Of a DNA stretch of 64,000 nucleotides, positions 29,791-43,196 are shown piece after piece. This DNA comes from the human T2T-CHM13v2.0 reference genome, Homo sapiens, in assembly GCF_009914755.1 (NCBI RefSeq), contig NC_060944.1; one strand, written 5' to 3'. How positions within the stretch are numbered: position 1 is the first letter of the stretch; every line of letters starts with the position of its first letter. The position numbers and the translations under genes are program-made. The notes under the pieces are model-generated. The model was not told the DNA's origin. It did not search any database and saw only the letters and a list, made by a program, of their open reading frames with translations.

Positions 29791-31519
29791 ATCTTCATTT
29801 GACACTGATGAGAAGAGTGCCAGCTAAAATCTGAGACATACTCTGTGAATCACACTTGGTAAAAGTGTTTTTACAAATATTATCCCATTCACCATCCATA
29901 ATCACTGAAGATTAACTGCGAAGTATCATTTAGCTATCACTTCTAAATGGGAGAATGAATGGGAAAACTCTTGGAAAATTTTGAGATAATTACACTCTGT
30001 ATCATTGTTCCCATTCTGCAGATGAGAACACAAGTGACTCAGATATGCTAAGTCACTTCAAGATTACCTTTAAGTAACTAGTGTTAAAAGATAATCTTCA
30101 AAACATAATAAAATCATGACTCATACAGATATGAAATAAATATGTGTTAAAGATTTTATCATCAATGATTTATCAAAGATCTTATCAATGGATTTCTATC
30201 ATTAATTAATGAAGATTAGAAAGATGCTACAAGTGGTTTAAAAGAGAACCCAAAGAACAGACAGCTAACAGAAACATTTAAATGGGTGTACGAATGGATG
30301 TAAAATTTTTTGAGGGGGAAGGTTGGGTAGCTCAGTTGAACCTCTACTGGACAGGATGGAATGTGCATATCAGTATCTGTAACTCATAAAACTGTAAAAC
30401 AGTTTCCATAAAATCAAAATCAGATACCCAGGAAGGATTACCCCTAGAGTCTAGAGCTAGACAATTACTGTTTTCCACCGAAGCACCATTTTCTCTCACA
30501 GCCTAGCATAGCTAGGGTCTGCACATGGTTCTTTATAACTCTTTGCCCTCTAAGAAAATCTGTTTAAAACATTCACTGACTTTTTTTCAGGCCCAATCAT
30601 AATATAGATGGGCCTTCAGTGGCTGGCAACATATGAGAGAAGGAGCAGAGGCACTGAAGAAGAAAGAGTTTGGCAAGGACAGTTAAGTTCCTGCCTCTCT
30701 GCATTTTTCCATGTCAGTAAGAGCCTTTCCCTTCCTCTCTTCCCCAGCCTGTTTCTCACTTAATAAGGAGTTGTGCAGGGTATTTCCAGCCTAACTCCCT
30801 CCCCCCCATGCTTGCTAGAGAGTGCTCCATTGTGCAATGAAAGAAGGTAAGGAGTTATGCATGTTTTTGGTTTTACTGAAAGTCTATAGTGTTTCAATAG
30901 TCTCTTTGTTCTCTCTCTCAATAGTTCCTGTGTCTTAAGAAATTACAAATTTTCATTCTTCCTATGGCATTAGTAGTTTGGAATAAAAAAGGAAGGAAAG
31001 AAAAGAAACCAATTAAAAAATAAAGTGCTTAGGCTTAAGAACAGCATTTATAATAACTTCACAGGTCTAACCTGCACTTACTGGCGGCAGTTTAAACAGA
31101 AGGTTCCTTGAGAGGTGAGCAATAAAGAAGCCATTTAGTACTTGATCTCCAGAGAGGGTTTTATCAATTCACTTGCCCCCTTAACCATCACTGGTTTCTG
31201 TGTAATCCATAGAAAGATGAGACAAACCAACCAACTCGCTCACATTTGCATGGGTCAGACCTCTTATTAAATGAGTTTTCCCCAAATGGCAGTGCTTAGC
31301 ATACTCTGATGGCAAATGCTTAAACATTTCGTCAATTTCAATGGGATGTCAATTTCCCCTGCCAAGCAAGGTGGCCTTCCAGGCTAATCTGGGGTGAGGG
31401 AGGGGAGCCAATTCCAAAGTAGAGAATGATTCTGAATACATACAGCTTTAATTCCAGGTTTGCTCATCACTCCCGCCATCTCAGCCCATGCTTCTACCAA
31501 CACTGGCTCAGAAGTTGGA

Positions 31520-31960
31520 AAAGATGGAGATTGTATTTCTGTTAGACTGAGAGGTGGAGCTTGTCTGTCTTCCCCCCTCCTTTTCCTTTCCTTCTTGAGG
31601 GCAAGGCCTATCTTGTTACTCTCTGTACCCACTGTCTCATTCAGTACCTGGCTCATAGTTGGTGTTGAGACACTGTTTTTTCGGTCAAATGGAACTAAAT
31701 CCATTGTTTTGTCTTTTTCATTCCTTCATCTACTATTTACTTGAAACTTACTAGTTTCAAGTTCAGGTTCTCAGCTAAGAGCTGGGGCCATGGCAGTGAC
31801 TCAAACAAGGTTTTTCTGCCTTCAAAGGGCTTATATTTTAGTAAGAAAAAAAGACACTAAAAAATGAGTGAATAAATGATATTATTATTAATGATAGCAT
31901 TTCAAGTACAAATAAGGACTCAGAAGTAAAAATGTAGGGTAAAATGATGGAGTGGTAGTT
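31520..31960. mobile_element. Two L2 3' ends, tail-to-tail
   Basis: + strand TTGAGGGCAAGG...AGTACCTGGCTCATAGT, then - strand TTCATTCCTTCAT...CTGCCTTCAAAGGGCTTATATTTTAG. Confidence 0.5.
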
Positions 31961-32124
31961 TTGACAGGGAAGATAATTCACCTTACCTTCATCTGTCTAT
32001 CTAATAAATAGATAAATAGATATAATCTTATCCATTCAGAGGGTACCTGTTGGACAGAAAGATGATCTTCCCACTCAACACCACTATTCTGTCACCCACT
32101 GAGAGCAATGGATAAGAATAGACT

Positions 32125-32400
32125 AGAATTTATTGAGTGTCTAGTGTGTGTCAGCCATGGTGCCAGGCTTTTAATACATAATATCTGATTTAATCTTTAA
32201 AATATAATCCCCCCAGGAGATAGTCCTTATTACTTTAGTTCTACCAGTGAGGATACAGAGGCTCGAAGTCATTAAAGTACCTTATCTGAGATTACCTATC
32301 TATATTGCCTGATGTCTCCACCTATGGTGGAGCCAAGATTTGAATATAGTTTCTTCTACCTCTGAAATGCACACTTTGTATGTTATACTTTACTGGCTCT
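32125..32400 (-). mobile_element. MIR
   Basis: ATTTATTGAGTGTCTAGTGTGTGTCAG...TGAGGATACAGAGGCTC. Confidence 0.65.
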
Positions 32401-32925
32401 GGACCTGAGGCATTATGCCAGGTATTCTGGGGGATGTAAAATGTTCAGTTAGCAGCCTTTGATGTTGTCAAAGAGCTCACAAGCTCACTGGGGAAATGAG
32501 TTGTATTCGCATAGCCATAACCAAGGAAAAGAAGACATGTATTTCAAGAGAGATAAAAACTGATGGGCTAGAATGACCAGAAAAGCAACATGAAAGGGTA
32601 AAATGAATCCAAAAAGACAGGATAGATATGAAAATCAGAGATGAAGTTGAAGAGGAGATGGGAGACTGTTTATACATTGGAGCATTGACAGTGTGTTAGG
32701 CACGTGAGTGATACAGTCATATGTGATGTCTGCTCTTAGGTGGGGGAAAAAAAAAGAAAAAAAGCTCACACCTAGCTCAGACACAAGGGAACCAGAACAT
32801 GATGTGCATCTCCCTGGGGAAGAGTCCAGAGAGCCACAGTATGCTTAGCAAATAAAAACCCCACCATATGGTTTTATCTTCCCATGAAGCTGGGTACATT
32901 TCAGCACACAAAAAAATAGGATTTC

Positions 32926-33258
<333 letters not shown>

Positions 33259-33344
33259 CTACCTTGAGTTCCTTAAATTCCATAGATTTTATTCCTAGGT
33301 AAGTCTGGTCCTCAGCAAAATAAAAGTGGAGAAAAAAGCTTCAA

Positions 33345-33510
33345 AGCCCACTCAGCTGGAAACAGCTTACCTCTCAGAGCTGCAGTTTCCTCATCAATGA
33401 AATAAGATGGTGATTCAAAGGATTCAAAAATCATTAAGATTAAGAGATGTCATCAGGCAAAGGACTTTGCATAGTACCTGGCCCATACCAGATGCTCAAT
33501 AAATGTCAGT
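33345..33510 (+). mobile_element. MIR
   Basis: CAGTTTCCTCATC...AGTACCTGGCCCATA...GCTCAATAAATGTCAGTT. Confidence 0.7.
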
Positions 33511-34589
33511 TCCAATCTCCCTCCCCTTGACTCTCCTTTTCTGTAAAATATACCTGGTCATCTAGAAAATTTGCAATTGTCTTGCCTCTTCCCTACCCCT
33601 TTTTCAATACAGATATTCAATGGGTCATAAAGTCCTACTAATTTTCCTGTTCACCGTTTCATTCACAAATAGTCCTTCTTTTCATTCCTCTGACTCCTGA
33701 TCTAGCTCAGTTGCTATGGCTTCTTAACCTGACTCCACGCTACATGTTTGTACCCTCCCGTCCTTCTGGGCCCCAGATCAACCATCCTAAAACCTCCTTT
33801 AATGATGTCACTAGTGAGACAGCAGAAAGAGAGAGATGGGACTTCAACTTCACAGGCTGTTCTTAGATGCCCAGGTTGGTCGTGAACTCCTTGAGGTTAG
33901 GAAAGGAACTATTAGCAAAATGGAACATCCTCCAAGTAGAAAATTATGCTGATGTCAAACAATTTCATGTAGCTTTAATGGATGAGAGGCAACATGATAT
34001 TGGGCATGACATGCTTAAAAAGCATTGCTTTCAGTGGCCCAGAAAGTGTCATAAAAGAGGCCACATCAAAGTAGCTCTTCTTTAGCACATTACAATTGAG
34101 AAGTCATTCCTCCCATTAAAAAAAAAAAGCAAAATGCAACTCTTTACAAGGGATAGGGGTAGGAGAAAAGGGTTGAGCCCGGAAGAAAGAATACTCAGGC
34201 TGCAGAAACACTATGGCTGTAGTTGGAGTGAAATACAGGCCACCCAGGGGGAGCTGCTGTCCTGTGAAGTCCACTGATAGAAACCCGATTCCCAAAATAT
34301 CATGCAGTATCTGCAGATGCCCAGCTCAAAGACATCCTGAAAATAGTACTTGTTATGCCATGTCCATACTGGCTGGCTGGGTCAAGAGGAGGATGGGGCA
34401 CTGGGCAACCAACAGGAAAGGTAGGTCATTTTAACACCCAACCCATCCGCAGTTTCCAGAGAAGAACATATACAAACAAATGACACAAGTGTGGTATTTC
34501 TAGACAGGATATGCACTGGGCTTAAATTTCTTTTCCCTATGGAAGCCTTCCCCATCCAAAAACAGAACAGGCTGGGTACCCCACCACGT

Positions 34590-35008
34590 GTTCTTACTAC
34601 ACTTCACATTCATAGCCTTTATTGTTTTTGTAATTGTCTAGATGTTTATCTAAAGTCTGTCTCCTCACACTAGACTAAGAGTGAAAGGAGAGCAGAAGCT
34701 TTATCTCGTTCTCTCTCGTATCTCTGGTAGTCAGCATGGGGCTTGGCACTTGGGGAACATAGTATGGGCGTATGATTGCTGGCTCTGGGTTTACACAGGC
34801 TAAGTTCAAACCCTATCTTCACTAACTGTGGCTAAATGACCTTTAGCAAGCGGCCAACTCTTCCAAGCCTCAATATTTTATCCTCAAAATAGGGATATTG
34901 ATGGTACTAACCATCAAGTTGATAGAGGATTTTAAGAATTAATACATGTAGAATATTTAGGTATTCCCCAGCATATAAGAAGTGTTCAATAAATGTCTAT
35001 TATTATTA
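34590..35008 (+). mobile_element. L2 3' fragment followed by a near full-length MIR
   Basis: TCTGTCTCCTCACACTAGACT..., then GGCTCTGG...AAGTTCAAACCC...AATACATGTAGAA...TCAATAAATGTCTATTATTATT. Confidence 0.7.
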
Positions 35009-35858
35009 ACTACTTTGGTCAGGACTCCATAAATACTCATTGAATTAATAAAGAAAAGCTTACACTAATTGCATATTAAACTCTGCAACAGAGACTTGGC
35101 ATCCACAGATGTCAATATTTAGCACTTCCACTTTGCATGAGAAGGGCCAATCGTTTGTTGTCATTTACAGTTTTTTTGTGGAAACCATTTCACTCATCCA
35201 TTTATTTAGATCAAAACCCAAACGCAACTTGAGGAAAAGAGTCTTTCAACAGGGGTTCACACCTCAGCTAAGACTGGCATTCCAAGAATATCCAGGCAGA
35301 CAGAAGCCGAGTTGCCTGGCTGCCAAAAAGGCTGAGGTTGGGAAAATGTCACAGTGTGGAAGATGTCCCGAGAAGTCCCAAACACTCAATGGATATCATC
35401 CCAGGGCAGTAAGATCAGAGATCATCAGCTCCTGGAAGTGACCCATCCGCTCTAAAGCCAACCATTTTTGGGGATTGGCTTGTGAAGGGATACGCACGCA
35501 GAGCCTTCGGGTCAGAAGCTTGTGCCCAATGCCTAAAGTTGAGCGGGTGCAGGGAAGCTTGACCTAATGAGAAGAGCTGTCCACTGAAGACTAAGTTACT
35601 CTTACTTCCCCTCCCAGGTGCCAGGCATGAGCAGCAGCAGCCTCTCCTAGGACACCCCTACCCCCGAGTGGCTTCAGTCCTCTGGAATGATGCAAATCAG
35701 GCACAGGGATGAGGAAGCACAGCCTCCAACTCAGCCTGAATCTTTCACTTTCCTACAACCCCTTCTTCCTCCATGAGGGATCTGAAGCCATCTGCTTCAC
35801 CATACACCATCCAGTTAATCTCGTTCAACATATAGTTCACCTCAACAAACCTTCCTGG

Positions 35859-36189
35859 GGCAGGGCACAGTGGCTCGCACCTGTAATCTCAGCACTTTGG
35901 GAGGCCAAGACAGGAAGATCATTCCAGCCTGGGAGTTCAAGACCAGCCTGGGCAACATAGCAACACCCTGTCTCTACAAAAAAACTGAAAAACAATTAGC
36001 CTGGAATGGTGACGCATGCCTGCAGTCCCAGCTACTTAGGAGGCTGAGGCAGGAGGATCACTTAAGCTCAGGAGCTCAAGGTTACAGGGAGCTATGATGG
36101 CACCACTGCACTCCAACCTGGGTGACAGAGCGAGACACTGTATCAAAAAATAAAAATAAATAAATAAACAAACAAACAAACAAACAAAC
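35859..36189 (+). mobile_element. AluJ with (AAAT)/(AAAC)n tail
   Basis: Full dimer; TSD acaaaccttcctg/acaaacctccttg. Confidence 0.92.
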
Positions 36190-36469
36190 CTCCTTGAAAT
36201 TAAGCCCCCACTGCCCAGAAAAGCTCTGTGTCTTTCCACCTCCAGTAACACCTTCCACATTCCTGGGTCCACTATCTTGCCACTGAGTCATGAAGACTTC
36301 TGAGAAACACACAAGGGAGAGCAGAGAAAACATCACAGTTTAGGATTTTAGAGCCGGGGGGCGGAAAGTGCTTCTGCTGGAATTTCTGTCTTCCTAGGCA
36401 GACAAGCAAAGGAAATGCCGGCTTCCACATGGAGAGGAATACAAGAACCTGCAAACTGCTCTTCCTATC

Positions 36470-37088
36470 CCACTCACGAAGCTCTCCAAACCGTTCTTCC
36501 TCCCAATAGCAGTGACACTCCTGGAACAAAAATCCAGTCACACCAGTGCCTGCACTGGCCTCCCTTTAATCCTGGAATAAAATCCAAATTCGTTGAGATG
36601 GCCCACCAGGCCTACCTGAAGAGCATCTCAATTCTATTCCTCCAACCTTACCTGCAGCTACTTTCCACTTGCTGTTCCCTGGCCTCACTGGTCTTCCTAC
36701 AGCTCTTTGAACAAGCCACACGTTCTCCCAGCCCAGAGCCTTTGCACGTGCTATGCCCTCCACCTGGAGACCTCCCCACTTTTCACATGACCAAGAGAAG
36801 GAGGTACCTTCTCTTCCACCAGGTCTCAGTTTACATATCGTCTCCCCAGAGAATCTGTCCCAACTACCGTATATCAAGTCCACAGTTGAAGACTATCTGC
36901 ATTAAGCACTTGGTTGGTTTTAGTCCCAGTATTTATTGTAATTTGCAAATATGTGTCTGTGATATCTTACCTCCCAGTGGTATATATGCTTCATGAAGGC
37001 AAAGAATATTGTTCATCTGAGTCGGTGTTTGTTCCCTGTGCCTGGTACATAGCAAGAGCTCAATAAACTCACTGTATGAATGAATAAA
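36470..37088 (+). mobile_element. L2 3' region
   Basis: GAATAAAATCCAAA...CCAGAGCCTTTGCAC...GTGCCTGGTACATAG...TGAATGAATAAA. Confidence 0.8.
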
Positions 37089-37158
37089 CCCACTCCACAT
37101 TTTTATGGATAAAATGAATATTCACCAGTGTCATTTGTGGCCAGACATTATAAAATGT

Positions 37159-37345
37159 TGTGTGTGTGTGTGTTATATAGTATTTATATATACTATATAT
37201 TATAAAATATGTAATATTTATATAAAATATGTGATATTTATATATATACTTTATATATTATGTAAAGATAATATGTATCTTTACATTTATTATAATGTAA
37301 CTCTAAAGATACATATATATGTATGTATGTATGTATGTATTTATC
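37159..37345. repeat. (TG)n plus AT-rich (TA)-like low-complexity tract
   Basis: Direct inspection: (TG)7, degenerate TA repeats, (TATG)n. Confidence 0.85.
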
Positions 37346-37844
37346 TACAATGATCTAGGCCTCACCGGTTCCATTTTGCAGGTGAGGAAACTGGAGTGTG
37401 AGAGGTTAAATAAATTGCCCAAAGGCACACAGCTAATAAATGACAGCTGTTTGACTTGTGCCACCACCAATCACAGCTCTGGATAGTTTATCTCTGTTCT
37501 GGAACTAAAGGCATTTAAATCCGGCCACTGAGGAGGATTTAACCATGTCTGCCAGGGCGTCTGCTGTTTCTCCCGGGACTAATCTGCCATGAAGCAGATG
37601 CAAAGCTTCATTTATCACTTCCAACAAAACATGGAAGAGACAAAACCCCAGCGGATGCTCCCTGCTTCCAGTGTCCAACAGGGCAGGGCTTGTCCCATCA
37701 GGGCCTCCAAGGTGCCTGTTTCCCTGAGGAAGGGCCCCTCCTCCCATGTCACCGGGGTCACTGCCCCTTGTGCTGGACCCAGGGCTCTGTGCTCTGCATC
37801 AGACCAGCTGAGCTGCTCTGTCCACTGGGGTGCTTCGCTCTTAA

Positions 37845-38185
37845 TGAGGTAAAATTCCCATAACATAGAACAACTATTTTAAAGTGTACAATTCAGTGGC
37901 ATTTGGTACATTCACAATGTTGTGCAATCACACTTCTATCTAGTTGCAAGACCCTTTCATCACCGCCAGAGAAGACCCCCGACCCATTAAGCAGTCACTC
38001 CAGTTCCCCTTCCCCAGCCCTTAGTAACCAATAATCTGCCTTCTGTCTCTATGGATCTGCCTTGTCTGCACATTTCCAGAATCATATCATATACATGGAA
38101 TCATACAATACGCAACCTTCTGTGTTGGGCTTCTTTCACTTAGAATAATGTTCTAGAGGTTCATCCACAATATAGCTGGGATCAC
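37845..38185 (-). mobile_element. L1MB 3' end
   Basis: TTTTAAAGTGTACAATTCAGTGGCATTT...CACAATGTTGTGCAA...CTTCTTTCACTTAG. Confidence 0.85.
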
Positions 38186-38909
38186 TATGTCCTTGCAAGT
38201 TTGGGCCCCTGGCCAGTTAGAGATGTCGAGTCAGAGAGCAGCACAGAGTACAGAGCTGATAGCCAGACTTTTCTCAACCTCCTCAGACCCACTAAGAAAT
38301 GGGGACATCGGAATCATTGCACCTGGAAATTTTCTCCTTCTGCAACAGGTGGGCAATCCCTGGGGGGAACTTGCCCCCAAACAATGAATCACCCTGAGGA
38401 GTGCCACAGCAGATGGCAGGGCCTGAATGTGGACCAGACCCATTGAGGACACCAGAGTCCAGCCCTGGCCAGTCCTGGGAGGTCCAATACTCACAAAGAG
38501 AAAGGAAAAACCTTAATATTTACATACCTGGGCACTTTTGCTAAAGAAAACCAAACCCAGAAATCCCAAGAACTAACCAACCCCAAAAGTTTAAATTGTG
38601 CTGTATTTCAAGTACAACAGATTGTGATCTGACCTCACTGTGGCATCAGCAAAAGATGTTACATACATGACAGAGGGTCAGAATGTTATCAGTTCCTTAG
38701 ACAGGGGCCCTGAGTTGTCACTATAAATACAACCATTAGATTATCTGGCAAAAAATTCAGTCTCAGCACAAAACACCCATTACTTCCTAGTGGGAGTATC
38801 AGCAACATGTACCATATATACTGGTATAATTCTTGCCCTAAATCTTCCCTTCTTTCTTCACTCAATGTCATGGCAACTTCCATCCAACACAAAAACAGCA
38901 GGATTTACA

Positions 38910-39121
38910 ACGGGGTTTCTCAACTTCAATCACCGCACTGTTGACATTTTGAGCAAGGTATTTGCCCTGGGGTTGTCCTGTGAATTTTAGAATTTTTAGC
39001 AACATCCCTGGTCTCTACCCACTAGATGCCAGGATCACCCCTCCCACAGTTCTGACAGCCAAAAATGTCTCCAGACAGTGCCAAATGTCATCTGAGGGTA
39101 CAACATCAAGAACCAGCCACT
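38910..39121 (-). mobile_element. MER20 hAT-Charlie MITE
   Basis: GGGTTTCTCAAC...CATCCCTGGTCTCTACCCACTAGATGCCAG...AAAAATGTCTCCAGACAGTGCCAAATGTC. Confidence 0.88.
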
Positions 39122-39719
39122 TCGATTCAGGTCAAAGAGAGCGGCTACAGGGAGATTTCTGACTGAGGTTGCATGAGAAGTGCAGGTATGGGATTTTGAG
39201 CCGTGCTTCCAAAATTAGGTGAATTAGAATCAACTCTGAATTTTCCAGGGGCCAATTATTCACATTTCCCCAACCCCTGTGCCCGTACTACCTGCATTCC
39301 ACCCAATTCCCAGCCACTCACAGGCAGCTGGCATGATGGGAGAGATAAAGAAATTTGGAATCAAGAATGCAGGCTTACAGGAAAGTTGGATTATTTTGTT
39401 TTGTTTAGACTAGAGAGACTTGTGCTTGTTAAAATGCACCCTCCTTGCATCTTGCAAAGTTTCAATGCTGCCCAACCTTCCCCCAGCCCCTGGCAGCAGA
39501 GTCACTGAAGAAAAGGGAAGGGGTCCCCTTCCTCTCATCTCTGGATGGCAGGAATTCTCTCCTGTTCTCCATAGAGCAGGGAAATTCTAATGCTTCCCCT
39601 CTCCCTCCAGAGGCCAATCTCCTTCAGGCAAATAGACAAGGAGAGAGGTCTTCTCTGGGGGACCAGACCAAACAATATCGCAATGTTTGAGGGCACAGAA
39701 GAACAAAATATACACAATA

Positions 39720-41030
39720 AGAGAAAGCCTCACTTTCATATTACAGTAAATAAACTTTAAAAATCTCCTCAATGTCTCTTTCACTCAAGCCCTTGCTCCT
39801 TTTCTTTCCTCCCCTGCACACCAAACTTCTTGCAAGAATTGTGCTCATTCACTTTGTCCACCCTCATACCTTTCACTCACTCTCCAATCCAGTGCATGAG
39901 GCCACCCCACCCCAGGACTCCCGGAAATTGTCTTGCCAAGGTCACTGACGAGTGTCTCTACCTTGTCACTGAATCTAATGACCACTCCTTCATCCTTATC
40001 TAGGATGTAAAATCCATGAGAACAGGGAATTATGTCTGTCTTGTCCACTTTTGTATCCCTAGTACTAGAACAGTGCCTGGCACACAGTAGGTGCTCAATA
40101 CATGCATTTGTTGAATGAATGAATGAATGAATGAATGAGTGAACCCCACTTGACTTCTGCAAGGTATTTCCAATGCTGACCACTCTCTCCCTCTTCGTAT
40201 CCTTCCCTTGGTTTCTAGAAAGTGACATGCCAATGGTTTTCCTCCTACCTCCCTGAGGACTCCGTCCATCTCAGCCTCTTTATGGTGTCTGCTTCCATGG
40301 CTGATCCATGAGATGCTCTTCAAGGCCCTGCACCAGGACCCCTTCTCTTCTCACTCAACAACAGCCTTTTCCCAGACTATCTCATGGCCTCATTACCACC
40401 CAGGGAGGGCAGTACTGTTTGAGCTGCCCTACACCTTATCATCATTTGTATCTAGGAACACCCGGTTCATCCTCTGGAGAACTACCCCTTCCCACTCCAG
40501 CCTGCCCCAGGTATGGGCACATATCTCAGAGTTGGCTTCTCAGAGCCTCACCTGCCCCTGGCCTGAGTGAACAGCTCAGGGATGGTCATGTGGCCCAATA
40601 CAAGCCAATGTAAGTGTGGCCCAGGATTTGAATGGTTGGTGATGAAACTTCTCTCTTTTCCAGTGAGCTTAGAGAAATAGGGATTTGGCCATCTTGCTTC
40701 CCTAAGGAAAGAGTGCATCCAGGAGTTCAGCCAGCTCACACAAAAAAAAAATGCAAAGTGAAGAGATAAGACAGAGAGAGAGTGAAAGATCTGAAACTGA
40801 TGACCTCATGTGAGTCCTTAAATTCAGTGATGCTTGAAGGACCCCACCCTAGAAGTTTCCAAGTAAATGACCCAATACATTTACTTTTTGCTTATGCCAT
40901 TTTGGGTTGGAGTCTATCATGGATAACCAACAACCCCAGCTAGAGCGATGACTGCCACATCTGTATCACCAGGCCTGATTCAACTCTGAGCATCAGACCC
41001 ACGTATCCAATTGTCCATGGACATTTTTAT
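39720..41030 (+). mobile_element. Old L2 interrupted by a younger L2 3' end (40001-40142) and an MLT1K-like LTR (~40405-40945)
   Basis: L2 body (CCAAGGTCACTGA...CTTGACTTCTGC) resumes after each insertion; the insert ends in (GAAT)n; LTR ends TTTGCTTATGCCATTTTGGGTTGG. Confidence 0.65.
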
Positions 41031-41239
41031 GACCTCTGCCAAATGGACAGGCTGCTGGGAACACGTTCCATGAACCCAAATCTGGCTTGATTAAAAGAGC
41101 TGCTCACCATGTACACAACCAACCCCCCATGTTGTCCTCATCCCACTGTTGGATATCCTGCCAACTACAACCCTATTACAAATGTTGACTTCCTCTCTAC
41201 TATGATATCATCCCATTGCTAAAAACAGAAACTTGGGAT

Positions 41240-41876
41240 GCTTCAACGGGGAAACTTATCTCCAAGATGTCTGCCATCAATTCTTTGCCTCCCTGGACAT
41301 GCAAGTCATTCTCAGCTAAGGGCTGAGCTAGGGCCTATTCCTACTCTCCCTTTGCATCTGCTCTGGCCTTAGTTATTTTCTTCCCCAATAGAACGCAGTA
41401 GTAGTGATGTTCTGGAACTTCTGAGCCTAGGTCATAATAAACTTCACAACATCTGCTGCCACTGAAGAAGTTGGTCTATTCTGAGGTGGCCATGATGGAA
41501 GGAAGCCCAAGCTAGCCACAGGAAAAAGCCATGTAGAGACAGAGTGCAATGTCAACTACCCTCCAGCTATTCCAGTTTTCTCAGCCCTGGTGCTAGTCAT
41601 GTGAGTAGAGCAACCATTCTTGGATATTCCAGTTCTAGCAAATGCCACTTGAAGAAGAAGCAAGGTTCCAGTTATATGGATTCATTTGAGCTGGCCAGCC
41701 ATTTTTGCCTTTGATCCACCCCAGCGGGAGCATCAAACATTATGGAGTGGAGACAAACTTTTCCAATGTGCCTGCTCCAATTCATGACCCACAGAATCAT
41801 GAACACATTAAACAGTTGTTGGTTTACATTATTAGGTTTTGAAGTACCTTGTTATGCAGCAAAGATAACTGAACCA
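41240..41876 (+). mobile_element. MLT1G/H-like solo LTR
   Basis: CTTCTGAGCCTAGGTCATAA...GGAAGCCCAAGCTAGCC...TTGTTATGCAGCAAAGATAACTGAAC. Confidence 0.72.
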
Positions 41877-43196
41877 CTCAGCTATTTTTTATGTTTGCCA
41901 AACCATTCCTGAAATCTACCCAAAACAAAACACTACTTTCTAAGCTCACCCTGGCCAGAAAAAATCTCTATTGTAGAACTGAGACAAAGTTATTGATTTG
42001 CCTGTCTTTCTCCCTTACCATACCTTGTACTACTCCAGGGCTTGGCACAGTGGCTGGTGCTAAGACATCCAGTATGTATCCAACGAACAAATGAAAGGAA
42101 GGAAGAAGGCCTGAGTGCCACTGCCCTCCATGAAAATGTTCTGTGAGTCCTAGAACTAACCGTGTCTTTGGGACTCTGTGGCAGCAAAGCGGTACTGCAA
42201 GTGTTATTATAATAACAGTGACAGAATCCAAGCCTAGTAATCATTAACCATCCCCAAGAGAGCTAGTTAGCTAGCAAAGAAGAAAGCCCCCTCCTCAGGG
42301 TTGGGAGCACTGGTGCCCTGACGGCACTTGGCTTCAAACTGAACTCCCCACGCCTTCTCACAGAGCTGATCTGTCTATAAAATTGGTGGTTTCTATAGAA
42401 ACAGAAGCACTGTAGTAAAGTGAAGGGAAATCGTACATTCTGTCAGCGTACAGAGATCAATCCTGTTCTTATATGGGGCCAGGACTCTTTCACGCTTTAT
42501 TTTTGAGCATCTCAACTTTCATTTCCATCCCAGCCATCTCATCTCATATTTATGAGGCTCCTGCACTGGTAATCCTGTCCCTTCTCACCTAGCTGCCTTT
42601 GTTAACTACGACCATGGGCAGAAGTCTGTGGAAACAGCATGGAATCCCTGGCATCCCCTCGTAGTGCCAATAGCTCCAAACCCCAACCTGAGAGGCAGAA
42701 CTGGGATCCCTGGTGTTCTGGGGTGGTAACCAAGATGGTGGACGGAGTCACTACAGAGGAGGCACCACAGCCTTCCACCTAGACATTATAAAAATCTACT
42801 CTGTAATTGGGTACGTGTTTTACATGCCTATACCTTAGCTTTAGACAGTCTCCATGCCCTTAAATATTAATATGTCTGCAATCTCTGTTTTGCACCCCAA
42901 AGTGCAAGTGGCTTTCTAGCAGGCAAGGAAACAGAGTTTGGCTTGTATTTGAATTGCTCATGCTGTCTCTGATCATCTACAGAGAAAATTAGAAAAGGCA
43001 CAGGTTATATTTTAGTATTTTAGATGAAGGTCCAAATTTTGAGGCACGTGTTAACTCATGAAAATTGTCTGCTTCAATCAAGATTCACTCTTAAAATAAG
43101 AAATAATGTGATGTTTTCTTCATCAAAGAGCACTTTTATTTCTGACCTAACAGCACTAAATGTATTTTGCCTTTTTCCTGTTCTAACAAATGACTG

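Noticed and set aside
34238-34256. CTCF-like CACCCAGGGGGAGC (also ACAGCAGATGGCAG near 38406)
   Set aside because: Mismatches at informative core positions; not supportable without ChIP data
36415-36996. 193-aa ORF
   Set aside because: Lies in a decayed L2; no recognisable domain or splice structure
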